64,000 nt of DNA from Syntrophales bacterium (GTDB taxonomy: Bacteria > Desulfobacterota > Syntrophia > Syntrophales > PHBD01), in NCBI GenBank assembly GCA_963668175.1, contig OY764159.1:2304001-2368000 (forward strand). The letters are read 5' to 3'. The position numbers and the translations under genes were made by a program. Below the pieces are notes generated by a model that saw only the letters and a list, made by a program, of their open reading frames with translations, did no database searches and was not told the DNA's origin. This document shows, piece by piece, positions 10,440 through 21,055 of this stretch (its first letter is position 1; each line of letters starts with the position of its first letter).

Positions 10440-11300
10440 ATGGCGGAAAAAACGGAAAGGATGATTCGCTTCGAGGACGTCGCGGAGCTGCCGCAGGTGA
10501 GGCTCGTCCGGGGCAGGGGTATCTGCAATACCTTTCCCAGGCACGCCCATCGGTCTTTCAGCATCGGCATCATTGAAAGGGGCAGGAGGTCCGTCTCCGG
10601 TCGGGATGGAACCGTTCTCGGACGGGAAGGGGACGTCTTTGTCATCGGGCCGGGGGAGCCTCACCGGTGCATCGCGGACGATCACGACTACCGTATCGTG
10701 TGCATCGGGCCGGATTACCTCCGCCGTCTGCTTCACGGTGTCGATGGCGGTTCGGTGGCCGTTCCCCGCTTTGCGCCCCTCGCGGTTACCGATGCGACGC
10801 TGTATGCATGGGTGGAATCCTTCGCCGATATGGCCGGGCGGACCGGCTGCGCCCGAGGGAAGGAAGCGGCCCTGTCGGCAATCCTTGCGCGGCTGTTATC
10901 GGTCCACGCCCGCACCCTGCCGGAACCGGCGCCTTGCCGGGCAGGACGGGCGGCCGTCCGGCGCACCCGGGCTTATGTCGCCGAGCGATACCGGGACAGC
11001 ATCAAGCTCGGCGATCTGGCGGAAGTCGCCAGGCTCAGCCCTTTTCACTTCAGCCGGATATTCAGCCATGAAGTCGGCGTGCCGCCCCATGCCTTTCAAA
11101 TCCAGTTAAGGATCGACAAGGCCCGCCTGCAAATGCTCGAAGGGGTTCCGATCGCGAGGGCCGCCCTGGACGCGGGCTTTGCGGATCAAAGCCACTTTAC
11201 CCGCTTCTTCAGGAAAATCGTCGGGGTGACCCCCGGCGACTATCTGTGCGGCAACCGTCCCGCCGGGCCGACACGGAAAGGCCCGTCCCGCCGTTCATAA
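10440..11300 (+). CDS. AraC family transcriptional regulator
   Basis: FPRHAH cupin N-terminus; LSPFHFSRIF...GFADQSHFTRFF HTH. Confidence 0.95.
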   Translation: MAEKTERMIRFEDVAELPQVRLVRGRGICNTFPRHAHRSFSIGIIERGRRSVSGRDGTVLGREGDVFVIGPGEPHRCIADDHDYRIVCIGPDYLRRLLHGVDGGSVAVPRFAPLAVTDATLYAWVESFADMAGRTGCARGKEAALSAILARLLSVHARTLPEPAPCRAGRAAVRRTRAYVAERYRDSIKLGDLAEVARLSPFHFSRIFSHEVGVPPHAFQIQLRIDKARLQMLEGVPIARAALDAGFADQSHFTRFFRKIVGVTPGDYLCGNRPAGPTRKGPSRRS

Positions 11301-11690
11301 GAGGGCGGGAGAAAAGGCGGCGAAAAGGAGCAGGTCTTCCTCAACGGCCTGCACCAGGTGTTCCGTATCTCCGGGAATGACGGCAACCGCCCCCGGCTTG
11401 TATGCATATTCCCGTCCGGCGACGAGGCAGCGGCCCCGGCCGCCGAGGACCTCGTGAATCTCCTCCTTCCCTTCGTGGACGTGCTTCCCGATTTCATGCC
11501 CGGCCTTAACCCTGACGAGATGGCAGCTTATCCGCCCCTGCGTATCTTCTCCCTTGACGAGATGCTTCAGATACACCCCGGCGAAGGCGGGATGGGGATT
11601 CCAGGCGGCCTCCCCGATGGGGCTGATCCTTGCCCCGCATGCGACCGATCCTCCTTCGAAAATCTCTGCAATCGTCCGATGATTCATCAT
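11295..11690 (-). CDS. cupin domain protein
   Basis: HVHEGKEEIHEV...IPGDTEH cupin metal motifs. Confidence 0.85.
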   Translation of the reverse strand: MMNHRTIAEIFEGGSVACGARISPIGEAAWNPHPAFAGVYLKHLVKGEDTQGRISCHLVRVKAGHEIGKHVHEGKEEIHEVLGGRGRCLVAGREYAYKPGAVAVIPGDTEHLVQAVEEDLLLFAAFSPALL

Positions 11691-11798
11691 GCGCCTCCCA
11701 TGTTTCCGTAAGATGTTGACGGGATGTATAGCGCAGGAAACGGGCGGCGTATTGAACGATCTTGCTGCCGTGAAAGGGGGGGGGATGTTTCCTGAGGC

Positions 11799-12098
11799 TT
11801 ATGTCGCGGAACCCGGCTTCCGTTTCCCCGGTTTCCGGCGATGGTTCGCCAGGTTGATGCAGAAACCGTAAAAGGCCGTTACCCCGAAGAACGACAGCAC
11901 GTAGACCCACCACGGGACCGGCGCCGGCAGCCAGAACAGTCCCAGGAAGATCATCATCGCACCCCCCACCGCCGAGGGCAGGGTCGGCACGATGGCGATG
12001 GGGCCGCTTTCGCGGGACTGGCGGTACTCGGTGACCAGGCCGTGGAGAAAGACGGCGACGGATGCCATGAAGCACAGAACGGATATGACGATACGCAT
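11799..12098 (-). CDS. small membrane hypothetical protein
   Basis: Three hydrophobic segments, RBS-like GAGG before ATG 12098. Confidence 0.6.
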   Translation of the reverse strand: MRIVISVLCFMASVAVFLHGLVTEYRQSRESGPIAIVPTLPSAVGGAMMIFLGLFWLPAPVPWWVYVLSFFGVTAFYGFCINLANHRRKPGKRKPGSAT

Positions 12099-12187
12099 GG
12101 GAGGTGCCTCGTTGCGATGCTGCGGCAAGTCCGCAGCCGCGATTTAAGGGCAAACGCGGCTTCGCGCGTAAACGCAGGCGACCCGGG

Positions 12188-13018
12188 TTATTTCAGCGGC
12201 GTCAGCTGGTAGCTTTCGATGAGGTTGGCGCCTTCCCTGCATTCGACCTGCTCCAGATCGGGGACCAGGCTGCCCGCAAATGCCACCTTCAGCTTGACGT
12301 AGTAGACGTAGCCCGGCTTGACCCTGACCGTCGCTTCCGACTTGCGCGCATACCAGGATGTTTCCGGCGCCCCGGTCTGGACGTTGCGGTCGAAGAGTTC
12401 GCCGGTCGAGAAGGTGACTTCCCCCGCAGAGACCCTGTAAGGGAAGTACTTCGTCGGCATAATGGCGATGCGCTTGCCGTTCGCCATGATCTCCACGTCC
12501 GCCCGGCTCGATACGGCCCACGGCTCCCGGAAGATATAGACCAGTCCCACGTCCGGGGGCAGGTCCGCCTCCAGGGGGTTGCCGGGATCGATTTTGCGCT
12601 CCATGCGCGCATGGCGGTCGGCTAGCTGCTTTTCGTACTCCGCGGAGGAACCCACGGAAAAGGCAAAGCGCGCCGCCACTACGTACCCCTTGGCGGCATA
12701 GTTATAGTAGGCCCTTGCCTCGTATGCCCCCGGCGAGGCGGGGGCGTCGAAGGACAGGACGCCCTGGGTCTGCCCCTTGGGCATGTACTTGTAGTCACCG
12801 CCCTCCGTATCCGGGGAGCCCGCCGGGACGATGCATATCCAGTCGCTGTCGAAACCCGGCGCATCGGCGAAGCGGACGCTGACCGGTTCGCCGAAGTTGT
12901 AATTCTGCTTGTCCGTGTCGATTTGCGGCGCGGCGAACGCGGCCGGGCACAGGGCAACGGCAACGAGGCAAGCGGAGACGGACATAATGAACGCGATCTT
13001 CAGACTGCTCGGTTTCAT
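12188..13018 (-). CDS. exported protein, Ig-like N-domain plus DUF2846-like C-domain
   Basis: Signal peptide; DWICIVP...PGAYEARAY; GLVYIFR...VKPGYVYYVK. Confidence 0.7.
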   Translation of the reverse strand: MKPSSLKIAFIMSVSACLVAVALCPAAFAAPQIDTDKQNYNFGEPVSVRFADAPGFDSDWICIVPAGSPDTEGGDYKYMPKGQTQGVLSFDAPASPGAYEARAYYNYAAKGYVVAARFAFSVGSSAEYEKQLADRHARMERKIDPGNPLEADLPPDVGLVYIFREPWAVSSRADVEIMANGKRIAIMPTKYFPYRVSAGEVTFSTGELFDRNVQTGAPETSWYARKSEATVRVKPGYVYYVKLKVAFAGSLVPDLEQVECREGANLIESYQLTPLK

Positions 13019-13080
13019 GGCTCTCCTCCTTCCTTCGAAAGACGGTTAGGGATACGGGTGTCCTTTCTTTCGGCACAGGG

Positions 13081-14256
13081 TCATTCCGACGGCGACTTCT
13101 TCTGCTTGAAAACGCCGATCTGCTGGCCCTGCGGAATCGTGACGGACGAGACGCCCTGCTCGATCAGCGTGATGACCAGCGACCCGCCGTAGGCGAAGTG
13201 GCCGAGCTTCTCGCCCTTCGCGACGGGCACGGGGTTCGCCGCAGTCGCCTTCTTCCATTTCTCCTCGAAGACCACGGAGCCGATGGTGTCCAGGCCCACC
13301 GGGACCATCGCCACGTAGCCGTAGCCGTTCGTCCTGATCACGAAATAGCCGCGGCGGAAATGCTCGAAGACGCTGTAGCTCTGGCCGTAGCCGATGTTGC
13401 CGCGCCGGAGGAATGCGGGAAAATCCGCGATGCCCCAGTAGGAGCCGGCCACGTCCTCGCGGGACTCGACGACGGCGCCCGTGACGACGGCGTGGTAGTG
13501 GTGGTACGTATCGGGCAGAAGGATGCAGGAGACGGCCGTCCCGTTCTCGAAGTATTTGGCATAGGCCGAGCCCGCCAGCAGTTCCCTGACGTTCAGCTTC
13601 TGGTGGAGTTTCGTCGGGATCTTCGTTTCGGCCGTCAGCGGGTCGATCATGTTGAGGACGCAGTCCGTCGGAGCGACCAGCACGGAATCGTCCGCCGGGC
13701 TCGCAACCGTCCTTGCGCCGGGCTTGAGGTCGCGGATGAAGAATTCGTTGAACGACTTGAACCCCTGCGGCGGGACGACGTACTGTTCCGTCGCCATGGA
13801 GGGGTCGTCGAGCCACTGCTTGATGGTTGCGGTCGACTCGGCGCTGTCCATGAATTTTCCCCGCGCCGCCACGAAGTCCCGGGTCCAGCCCAGGCCCGGC
13901 TCCTTGCCCACGATCCGCTGGCCGTAGGCGTTTTTGTAATAGAACCAGGAGAATTCCTTGATGTATGTAAATTCGTCGTACTTCGGGCTTCCGTTGATCG
14001 GGACGAGGTAAAACCAGTCGTTGAAGAACCGGCAGAGGTCGTTGAAATTCCTGCCGCGCCAGGGATTCTCCCTGCCCTTCATCGCAGCGAAAGCCTTGTC
14101 CATCGAGGAGTGAAACGCCTTGTCGGTGTCGTACAGCGCCCGCAATTGCTTGACGGGCGGTGCTTCCTCATTGCTTCCGCCCGCCGGGACGGCAGGGGCG
14201 GCCAGAAGAACGCACACGAAGACGCAGATAAAAAGATTTCGCAGCACGGATATCAT
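13081..14256 (-). CDS. phosphatidylserine decarboxylase-family protein with signal peptide
   Basis: FKSFNEFFIR, YHHYHAVV.G, KGEKLGHFAYGGS self-cleavage motif. Confidence 0.85.
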   Translation of the reverse strand: MISVLRNLFICVFVCVLLAAPAVPAGGSNEEAPPVKQLRALYDTDKAFHSSMDKAFAAMKGRENPWRGRNFNDLCRFFNDWFYLVPINGSPKYDEFTYIKEFSWFYYKNAYGQRIVGKEPGLGWTRDFVAARGKFMDSAESTATIKQWLDDPSMATEQYVVPPQGFKSFNEFFIRDLKPGARTVASPADDSVLVAPTDCVLNMIDPLTAETKIPTKLHQKLNVRELLAGSAYAKYFENGTAVSCILLPDTYHHYHAVVTGAVVESREDVAGSYWGIADFPAFLRRGNIGYGQSYSVFEHFRRGYFVIRTNGYGYVAMVPVGLDTIGSVVFEEKWKKATAANPVPVAKGEKLGHFAYGGSLVITLIEQGVSSVTIPQGQQIGVFKQKKSPSE

Positions 14257-14332
14257 GGGTCTTTCCTCCAAAATCGTGTTGTGTATCGGGCCGTCCGGGG
14301 GCTTGTTCCATGTACGAGCGAACGGGCGGCGT

Positions 14333-14959
14333 CTATTTCTGCTCCATGAAGGCGAGCCGCAGGCCCAAAAGGACGAGGATGCCTCCCGTGAACAGGCGGA
14401 TCTTGTCGGCGATGCGGCGCCTGCGGGAGAGCCACGAGCCGATGCCGCCCGAAAAATAGCCGAGGGCGACGAGAAAAACGGCGCCGAAAAAGGCGAAAGT
14501 GAGCCCCAGACCGACCATCTGGGCGGAGGCGTTTCCGTATCGCGGGTTCACGAATTGCGGCAGGAACGCAAGAAAGAAGAGGGCCACCTTGGGGTTGAGC
14601 ACGTTGGACAGAATACCCTGGATGAAAACGGTCCTTGTTCCGTCTGCCGGTTTATCGCTGTCGAGGGCGAACTCGGTTCTGTTCATAAAGGCCTTGACGC
14701 CGAGATAGACAAGGTAGGCGGCACCGGCGAATTTCACGGCGAGGAAGGCGAGCGCCGACGTTCGCAGGATGACGGCGAGGCCCAGGGAGGCAAAAACGGT
14801 GTGGACCAGGATTCCCACGGTCACTCCGACGGCCGACACCACGCCGGCCTTACGGCCCTGCGATATCCCCCGCGTGACCACGTAGACGATGTCGGGACCC
14901 GGCGTGACGATGAGCATCCACGAGGCCGCAAAGAAGAGGGCAATGTCCTGCCATTCCAT
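14333..14959 (-). CDS. LysE/RhtB family translocator
   Basis: TPGPD, GAAYLVYLG, NVLNPKVALFFLAFLPQF. Confidence 0.95.
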   Translation of the reverse strand: MEWQDIALFFAASWMLIVTPGPDIVYVVTRGISQGRKAGVVSAVGVTVGILVHTVFASLGLAVILRTSALAFLAVKFAGAAYLVYLGVKAFMNRTEFALDSDKPADGTRTVFIQGILSNVLNPKVALFFLAFLPQFVNPRYGNASAQMVGLGLTFAFFGAVFLVALGYFSGGIGSWLSRRRRIADKIRLFTGGILVLLGLRLAFMEQK

Positions 14960-15014
14960 GTTGACGCCTCCTTAAGCCGGATAATTCTTAATCCGGGAGC
15001 AAGTCCGCGGTTTC

Positions 15015-15419
15015 TTACCGGGGGCTTTCCGTGTCCTGCGCTGTCTGTTTCTTGCCGACGCCGATCCAGCGGCCGTCGACGTCTTCAAAGACGAATTCGC
15101 TGTTCGCGTAATCCGTCGTCGTCAGTTCCCTGACGACCTTTACGCCTTTCCGTTTTAGTTCGTCCAGAATGCCCTTCTGATCGTCCGTGATGAAATAGGC
15201 GTCGTAGCCGTAGCCGTGGACCGACCGGTTGGGCTCGATCCTGCCGTTCTGCGACCGGGTGACGACGATCTCGATGCCGTCCCGGTACAGGCAGACGTGA
15301 GGCTCTTCCGAGCGGAGGTACCTGACCGACCTGAAGCCGATGGACTCGTAGAAGGCCGTCGTTCTGGCGATGTCGCCCGACGGGAATATCTGAAGGCAGG
15401 CTGTGAATCCTCCGGCCAT
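15015..15419 (-). CDS. VOC/glyoxalase family protein
   Basis: DIARTTAFYESIGF...EFVFEDVDGRWIGVG. Confidence 0.85.
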   Translation of the reverse strand: MAGGFTACLQIFPSGDIARTTAFYESIGFRSVRYLRSEEPHVCLYRDGIEIVVTRSQNGRIEPNRSVHGYGYDAYFITDDQKGILDELKRKGVKVVRELTTTDYANSEFVFEDVDGRWIGVGKKQTAQDTESPR

Positions 15420-15491
15420 TTCGCTTCCCCCTGCGATCTGCATATGTTTTGCGATCTGTATCTAACACATCCACCGGACGCGGCGCAAGGG

Positions 15492-16109
15492 TCACGCCTT
15501 TCTGCCTACGACGACCGCGGCGAGCGGATTTAAGACATATGTCCGGAACGAAAGCCCCGCCCCGGCGAACATGGCTTCGATCTCCGGCAGCCTTGACGGC
15601 GTATCGCAGCCCGGCCCGTAGCCGACGATGTCGAACAGCGCCTTATGGTTGTCCGGATCGTCGCTGAACATCAGGTCGCCGAGGACAAAGATGCCGCCCG
15701 CGGGCAGGATCGACGCGAGGTTTCCGATGCAGCGGCGTTTCGCTTCGCCGGGCAGGTGGTGCAGGGCGTAGTTGGAGAAGATCTTGTTGACGCCGTCATG
15801 GGCGATCTCCTGCGGAAGGGCCTCGGCGGCGCCGACGTAAAACCTCAGGTTGGGACAGCCGGTGGTCGCCTGCACGGCCTGGGCGATCATCCGCTCCGCC
15901 GGGTCAAGGCCGATCCCCGATTTGATCAGCGGCGAAAGACGGATGAGCTGGGCGCCTGGGCCGCAGCCGATGTCCAGGACCGTGTCCCCGACCTGCGGCT
16001 CCAGAAGCTCGATGACCTTCTCCATGCACCGGGCCCGGCCGGGGTAGCGGTCCGTCGCGTATTGCCCGGCCGCCGTGTTGAATCGCGCGATATGTTCGTT
16101 CATGACCAT
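15492..16109 (-). CDS. class I SAM-dependent methyltransferase
   Basis: VLDIGCGPG, YALHHL, LPAGGIFVLGD. Confidence 0.9.
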   Translation of the reverse strand: MVMNEHIARFNTAAGQYATDRYPGRARCMEKVIELLEPQVGDTVLDIGCGPGAQLIRLSPLIKSGIGLDPAERMIAQAVQATTGCPNLRFYVGAAEALPQEIAHDGVNKIFSNYALHHLPGEAKRRCIGNLASILPAGGIFVLGDLMFSDDPDNHKALFDIVGYGPGCDTPSRLPEIEAMFAGAGLSFRTYVLNPLAAVVVGRKA

Positions 16110-16222
16110 GCCGTATTTCCCTTTGCGGATAAGGGGCCGCGATGACGATCGGCTGCGACAGGCAGCAGAACGAAAGGTATGATGCCGCGTGCCGGTTGCC
16201 GACCTCTTTCCCGTCGGCCGGG

Positions 16223-17179
16223 TCAATTCGCCCGGTTATTTCCCTTTCCCGATTTTTCCAATAGCATACGAATCGCCTTGTCCAGTGCGGGATTGAAATC
16301 TTCCGGCCGATCCATCATGAGGAAGTGGTCCGCGTTCGTAAGGACAATGGCATCGAGAGAAAACATGTGGCGCCGGTTCGCTTCATAGTCGATGGGCCTC
16401 ATATCCCCGTTCACGAGGACGACGGGGATGCGGACCTGCTCGAAAATCTTTGCCGCATCGCCTGTAACATACTGCGTCATCATTTCATGAAACGCACTCA
16501 CGGCGACGGCGGGCGGCGCGGCCGACATATCCGAGAGAATCCAGTCGCGGAGCTGCCGGTCCGTCTTGGGAGATATGATCTTTTCGACAAACTGCCGGCT
16601 CCCGGCTGCAAAGTCCTTTTCCAGGGGGGCGATCAGTCTTTTAAGCTCTCCCGGAGTCAGCCGGTACTCTATGTTACGAAGCGTGTCCACGCCGATCAGG
16701 CCGATGACGCGGTCGGGCATGAGCCGCGCCGCTTCCGCGATCACCGATCCTCCCATGGAATGTCCGATGAGAATGACGTTGCGGCTGCCCGTCGCTTCCG
16801 CAACCGACCGCACGTCCTCGCCGAAAGCGGCCATGGTGTATTTTGTTCGGTTCATGCCGGAATGGCCGTGGCCCGCAAGATCGATAACCACGACGCGATG
16901 CTGCTTCGAAAATACGGGGACCTGCTCGCGCCAGTAGCGGGCGTCGCAACTCCAGCCGTGCACAAAGACAAGAGTCGGTTCTCCTCTGCCGTAAGTTTCG
17001 TACGAGATCGGCGTTCCATCCTTGGAGAGCACGATATGGGGCCATTCCGCCCGGGCCTCTGTTCCCCCGAAGACAAGAATCAGTACGGCGAAACAAACGG
17101 CCAGGCTCAGAAAAGATTGCTTGAACGATCCGCAACGGCGCATGCCGTTTCTCATAAGGCTTTCTGCATGATGATTCAT
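16223..17179 (-). CDS. exported alpha/beta hydrolase
   Basis: FVHGWS, DLAGHGHS, GHSMGG, C-terminal HFLMMD.P. Confidence 0.9.
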   Translation of the reverse strand: MNHHAESLMRNGMRRCGSFKQSFLSLAVCFAVLILVFGGTEARAEWPHIVLSKDGTPISYETYGRGEPTLVFVHGWSCDARYWREQVPVFSKQHRVVVIDLAGHGHSGMNRTKYTMAAFGEDVRSVAEATGSRNVILIGHSMGGSVIAEAARLMPDRVIGLIGVDTLRNIEYRLTPGELKRLIAPLEKDFAAGSRQFVEKIISPKTDRQLRDWILSDMSAAPPAVAVSAFHEMMTQYVTGDAAKIFEQVRIPVVLVNGDMRPIDYEANRRHMFSLDAIVLTNADHFLMMDRPEDFNPALDKAIRMLLEKSGKGNNRAN

Positions 17180-17285
17180 AAACCTATCCCTCTTTCGGAC
17201 GAACGAAGATTGTTGTAATGCGTCTTAGCAGATCATTGTGTATCCGGATACGGTAAACAGCTGTTACAGGAGCCCCCGTCCATGC

Positions 17286-20200
17286 TCATTTGGCTGTCGC
17301 CAGGGGGAAGTCCATGCCGCGCGAATCCACGACGGGGAATTGCGCCTCCTTCCGGTATTTCATCGTGATGTCGGGCAGGCGGTTCTCCACGTGCGTCATG
17401 AGCCTGCGGACCGTTACGGTCCTGTCGTCCGCGGACGCCCCGCCTTTCAGGCCTTCCAGGAGCGTATACGTGAAGACGCCGTGCCCCAGCTCCTTCACTT
17501 CCGCCGCGAACTGGTCCTTGGTGGAGGCGGCGATGACGTGGACGCCCGTGGAGCGCGACAGCTGCGAGAGCGCCTTGCGGTCCTCAAAGCCGCGCATGGC
17601 GATAAGCATGGCGCCCGCCTTGCAGGAGTCGATCATCACGAGGACCTTCTGGGCCCTGATGTTCCGGATCAGTCCGGCGATGTCGTCCGAGGAGATGCCT
17701 TTCGCTCTCACCTCGTCCTCCCTCTCCGGGTAGGCAATCTCATGGGGGATGAAGTACCACTTGTCCGCGATGTTCTCGCCGTGGCCCGCGAGGTAGATGA
17801 GCACGACGTCCTGGGGATTCGTCCCTTCCAGGTTTTTCAGCTGCGCCGTGATGTTCGCTTTCGTGGCCTGTTCGTCGTAGACGTCGTTGATGCTGATCTT
17901 TTTGAAAAGACCCGGCCCTTTCTCCCGGAAGAAGGCCGCGATGCCCTTCGCGTCCGGAACGGCGTAGTTCAGGTTCAGCGCGGGGTTCCTGTATGTGTTG
18001 ATGCCCACGGCCAGGACGCTCATGGCGATCTCCTTCTGCGGGGCGGTGAGGACGACCGTCAGTTCGTACGGGTTCGATTCCGTCCTGTCCCTGCTGAATC
18101 CCGCGGCCCGGAAGGTGTTTGTCCCGTCGACGAGGGCGACGCTGTAAGTCTTGGTCGTTTCCTTTTCCTTCGCCGCGATCCTGACGGCCCGCATATCTTC
18201 GCCTACGGCCTTGCCGTTGTGGTAGAGGCGTATTTCGTCGATGCCGCCGCCCGTGTCTCTGGCCGCGACCGTCACGGAGACGGTGTCGCTGCCGATCGTC
18301 TCGTTCGGGGCGGGGGAGACGATCCGCACCTCCGGCGGCGTCATGACGCCTTTGCGGATGTCCGCGGCGGCTTCGATTTTTTTGCCCTGCAACACGGACG
18401 CCACGTAGGCGGGGTTGAAGAATTTTTCGTAGAAGTTGTCGATCGCGTAAACCTTGTTGCCGATTCTTACGTTTATATGGCCGGCTCCGTTAGGCGATGC
18501 ATTGAAGTATCCGTCGGGCGTGACGGCAACCCATTCGCCGTTGGAAAAAGCCGTCCATGTGCAGATTTCGCTGCCCCCGGCGACATCCCATATTTTGATG
18601 ACCCCGCCTGCATCGCCGGAAAGGATTCGACGCCCGTCGGCCTGAACGGCTATGGACTGGACGTGGTCGGCATGTCCCCGAAGCGTTTTGACGACGCTTC
18701 CCGTCGCTGTATCGAACAACTTGATGTCGGGACCGCTGCCTGCGACGACCTGCCGCCCGTCCGGACTGAATGCGACGGTAACGATAGATTCGTCCTTGTC
18801 CGTCTTGAATTCCCGCATCAGCCTGCCTGCGGCGATATCCCAGAGATCGATGTAACTGTGAGGATTGCCCAGCGTCACCGCCATCCCCCCCAGGAGCACA
18901 TATTTACCATCGGGGCTGAAGGCGATTTTTCTCAGGCTATGCGAATCGGCCGTGTACCGCTGGCTTTGCTGTCCCGCCCACAGCGTGACGGGCTTATCGA
19001 AGGATCTGATCCTCCTGCCCGTCGCCGCGTCGAAAAGATGCCTTCCCAGGACGGCATAACGGCCGTCGGGGCTCAATGCCGCAGCGTAGGAACTGAACGC
19101 ATCTCCCTCATCGCCCGCGAATGTCCGGACAAGCTGCCCGGTATGATAGTCCCACATCCCGGCTTCCTTGCCGCCCTGTTTTACGGAAATACCGTAAAGA
19201 CGGCCGTTACGGCTTACGATGTCCGTATTATGGGGACCTTTAAGAGTCCTGATCGTTTTGCCCGATGACGGGTCCCAAAAGGTTACGGTGCTGTCCGTTA
19301 ATGAGGAGGAAACGATGGATCGGCCGTCAGGCGTAACAACTACGCCCGTAATGTCCTTGTGCCCCTTGAGCGTCTTCATCAGGCGTCCGCTCGATAAATC
19401 CCATAGCTGGACGCCTCCGTGGTAACTTCCCGCAATGGCGTGCGGCGTGTCCGGACTGAACGCAACAGAGTATACGGCGCTGGCGGAGGTCCGGTCTCTG
19501 AATGTTCCCAGTTCCCTGCCCGTCGTCATCTCCCAGATTTTGACGCCGGAGCCCCCGGAAAACAGCCGGCGGCCGTCCGCGCTGAAGGACATCGCCCTGA
19601 CGTACGGGTGATCGAAAGTCGCAATCTCCCGGCCTGTCGATAATTCCCATATCTTGATTTTTCCCCCGTTTTCGTTTCCCGCTGCGGCATATTTCCCGTC
19701 CGGGCTGAACTGCACGGTGCTTATGCTCGCGGCATCCATCGGCAGCGGTCTGACCAGGCGGCCCGTCGATGCGTCCCATAGCTTGACGGCGATATTCTCT
19801 TTCTCGACGAGATTGGAATGCCCGGAAAGGATGTATTGCCCGTCGGGGCTGAAAGCGACGGCCTTGATTCCCGATGTGCTGCGGTCCCAGTGGCGGAATG
19901 TCCTGACGATTTCACCCGTGTTGGCATTCCAGAGGACGACGTCGTTCCAGTCCTTCATATCGAGACGCGCAGACGGGTTACCGCCGGCCAGGACATAACG
20001 GCCGTCCGGGCTCACCGCGACGCTGTGCACGAAAGTGAAGGGGCCTTGAAAGGTCCGGACGTTTCTGCCCGTCGCAATATCCCAGAGCCTGGCCGTGCCG
20101 TCGTTGCTTCCCGATACGGCATAACGGCCGTCGGCGCTCACGGCCACGGAATTGACCTGACCAGCATGCCCCTGAAATGCCCTGATCTCCGAACCCGTGA

Positions 20201-20519
20201 CCACATCCCAGAGCCTGCGTGTGTTGTCTTCGCTTCCGGACAGCGCAAACGCCCCGTCGCGGCTGAAGGCGACGGAGAGCACGTTTCGGGCATGGCCCTT
20301 GAATGCCCTGATCTCCCTGCCTGAGGAAACGTCCCAGAGTCTTATGGCCGGATCGTAGCCGCTTGTCAGAAGATAGCGGCCGTCCCTGCTCAAATCCATG
20401 GCGACGGCATGCGACAGCGGCTGCTGAACGAACAGTTCCGGTTGCTCCGCGGCGACAGACGGCAGCGGCACGGCAAACACGGCTAACAAAAGGACGATTC
20501 TCGCAACAAGCGTTGGCAT
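17286..20519 (-). CDS. secreted WD40-repeat protein with C-terminal caspase-like (C14) domain
   Basis: Signal peptide, over ten GH...WD repeats, Ig-like linker, YLAGHG and IDSCKAG His/Cys dyad, HGVFTYTLLEGL. Confidence 0.9.
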   Translation of the reverse strand: MPTLVARIVLLLAVFAVPLPSVAAEQPELFVQQPLSHAVAMDLSRDGRYLLTSGYDPAIRLWDVSSGREIRAFKGHARNVLSVAFSRDGAFALSGSEDNTRRLWDVVTGSEIRAFQGHAGQVNSVAVSADGRYAVSGSNDGTARLWDIATGRNVRTFQGPFTFVHSVAVSPDGRYVLAGGNPSARLDMKDWNDVVLWNANTGEIVRTFRHWDRSTSGIKAVAFSPDGQYILSGHSNLVEKENIAVKLWDASTGRLVRPLPMDAASISTVQFSPDGKYAAAGNENGGKIKIWELSTGREIATFDHPYVRAMSFSADGRRLFSGGSGVKIWEMTTGRELGTFRDRTSASAVYSVAFSPDTPHAIAGSYHGGVQLWDLSSGRLMKTLKGHKDITGVVVTPDGRSIVSSSLTDSTVTFWDPSSGKTIRTLKGPHNTDIVSRNGRLYGISVKQGGKEAGMWDYHTGQLVRTFAGDEGDAFSSYAAALSPDGRYAVLGRHLFDAATGRRIRSFDKPVTLWAGQQSQRYTADSHSLRKIAFSPDGKYVLLGGMAVTLGNPHSYIDLWDIAAGRLMREFKTDKDESIVTVAFSPDGRQVVAGSGPDIKLFDTATGSVVKTLRGHADHVQSIAVQADGRRILSGDAGGVIKIWDVAGGSEICTWTAFSNGEWVAVTPDGYFNASPNGAGHINVRIGNKVYAIDNFYEKFFNPAYVASVLQGKKIEAAADIRKGVMTPPEVRIVSPAPNETIGSDTVSVTVAARDTGGGIDEIRLYHNGKAVGEDMRAVRIAAKEKETTKTYSVALVDGTNTFRAAGFSRDRTESNPYELTVVLTAPQKEIAMSVLAVGINTYRNPALNLNYAVPDAKGIAAFFREKGPGLFKKISINDVYDEQATKANITAQLKNLEGTNPQDVVLIYLAGHGENIADKWYFIPHEIAYPEREDEVRAKGISSDDIAGLIRNIRAQKVLVMIDSCKAGAMLIAMRGFEDRKALSQLSRSTGVHVIAASTKDQFAAEVKELGHGVFTYTLLEGLKGGASADDRTVTVRRLMTHVENRLPDITMKYRKEAQFPVVDSRGMDFPLATAK

Positions 20520-20731
20520 GGGCGGGCACTCCTTTTATTAAGGGGTATGACGGTATATTATCGCAGTTTGCAGGGGGCGGCAAGCCTGCAGATGAAAATA
20601 ACGTCAGGGGGACGGAATTGTTGATGCCGGCTGGAAATCCTAAGCGAAGCCATGAATTGCCGGGTCGCAATACCTGAAACCCCGTCGGTTTTCGGATGAG
20701 GCGCGGTCTAAGGGGAATAATCCTGTAAAAT

Positions 20732-20927
20732 CGTATGTATACTTTACATGTTGGGCCATGTCCGTAACGTTCTCTATGCTCTTCCAAATTTACCCAAAAC
20801 GGCGATTTTTGCCTCCCGCGCTGTCGATATTCTTTACATAAATTTACATCATTTTCGGGGCAATGGAACGAAAAAAGGAGAATGCTTCGCATGCATAATG
20901 AGTTAGGCGTTTGGCATTATCGATGCA
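20732..20927 (+). promoter_or_regulatory. sigma54 promoter with upstream enhancer boxes (PEP-CTERM gene 1)
   Basis: TGGCATTATCGATGCA at 20912-20927; (T/C)GT-N11-ACA boxes at 20732-20748 and 20822-20838. Confidence 0.75.
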
Positions 20928-21055
20928 TTCCTAGGACTCCTGTCAAAGAAGGGCGGCAACCCGGCCGTCTGCCATGGTTTTAAGGCGGTTGCCGCGGCAA
21001 GGAAACAAGTGAACAGGAACATAACCAGATGATCTATCCAATGAAAGGGAGCATC

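Noticed and set aside
20940..21000. c-di-GMP riboswitch in the PEP-CTERM leader
   Set aside because: Only an inverted repeat (GCGGCAACC/GGTTGCCGC); the GCAAA, GNRA and receptor elements are absent.
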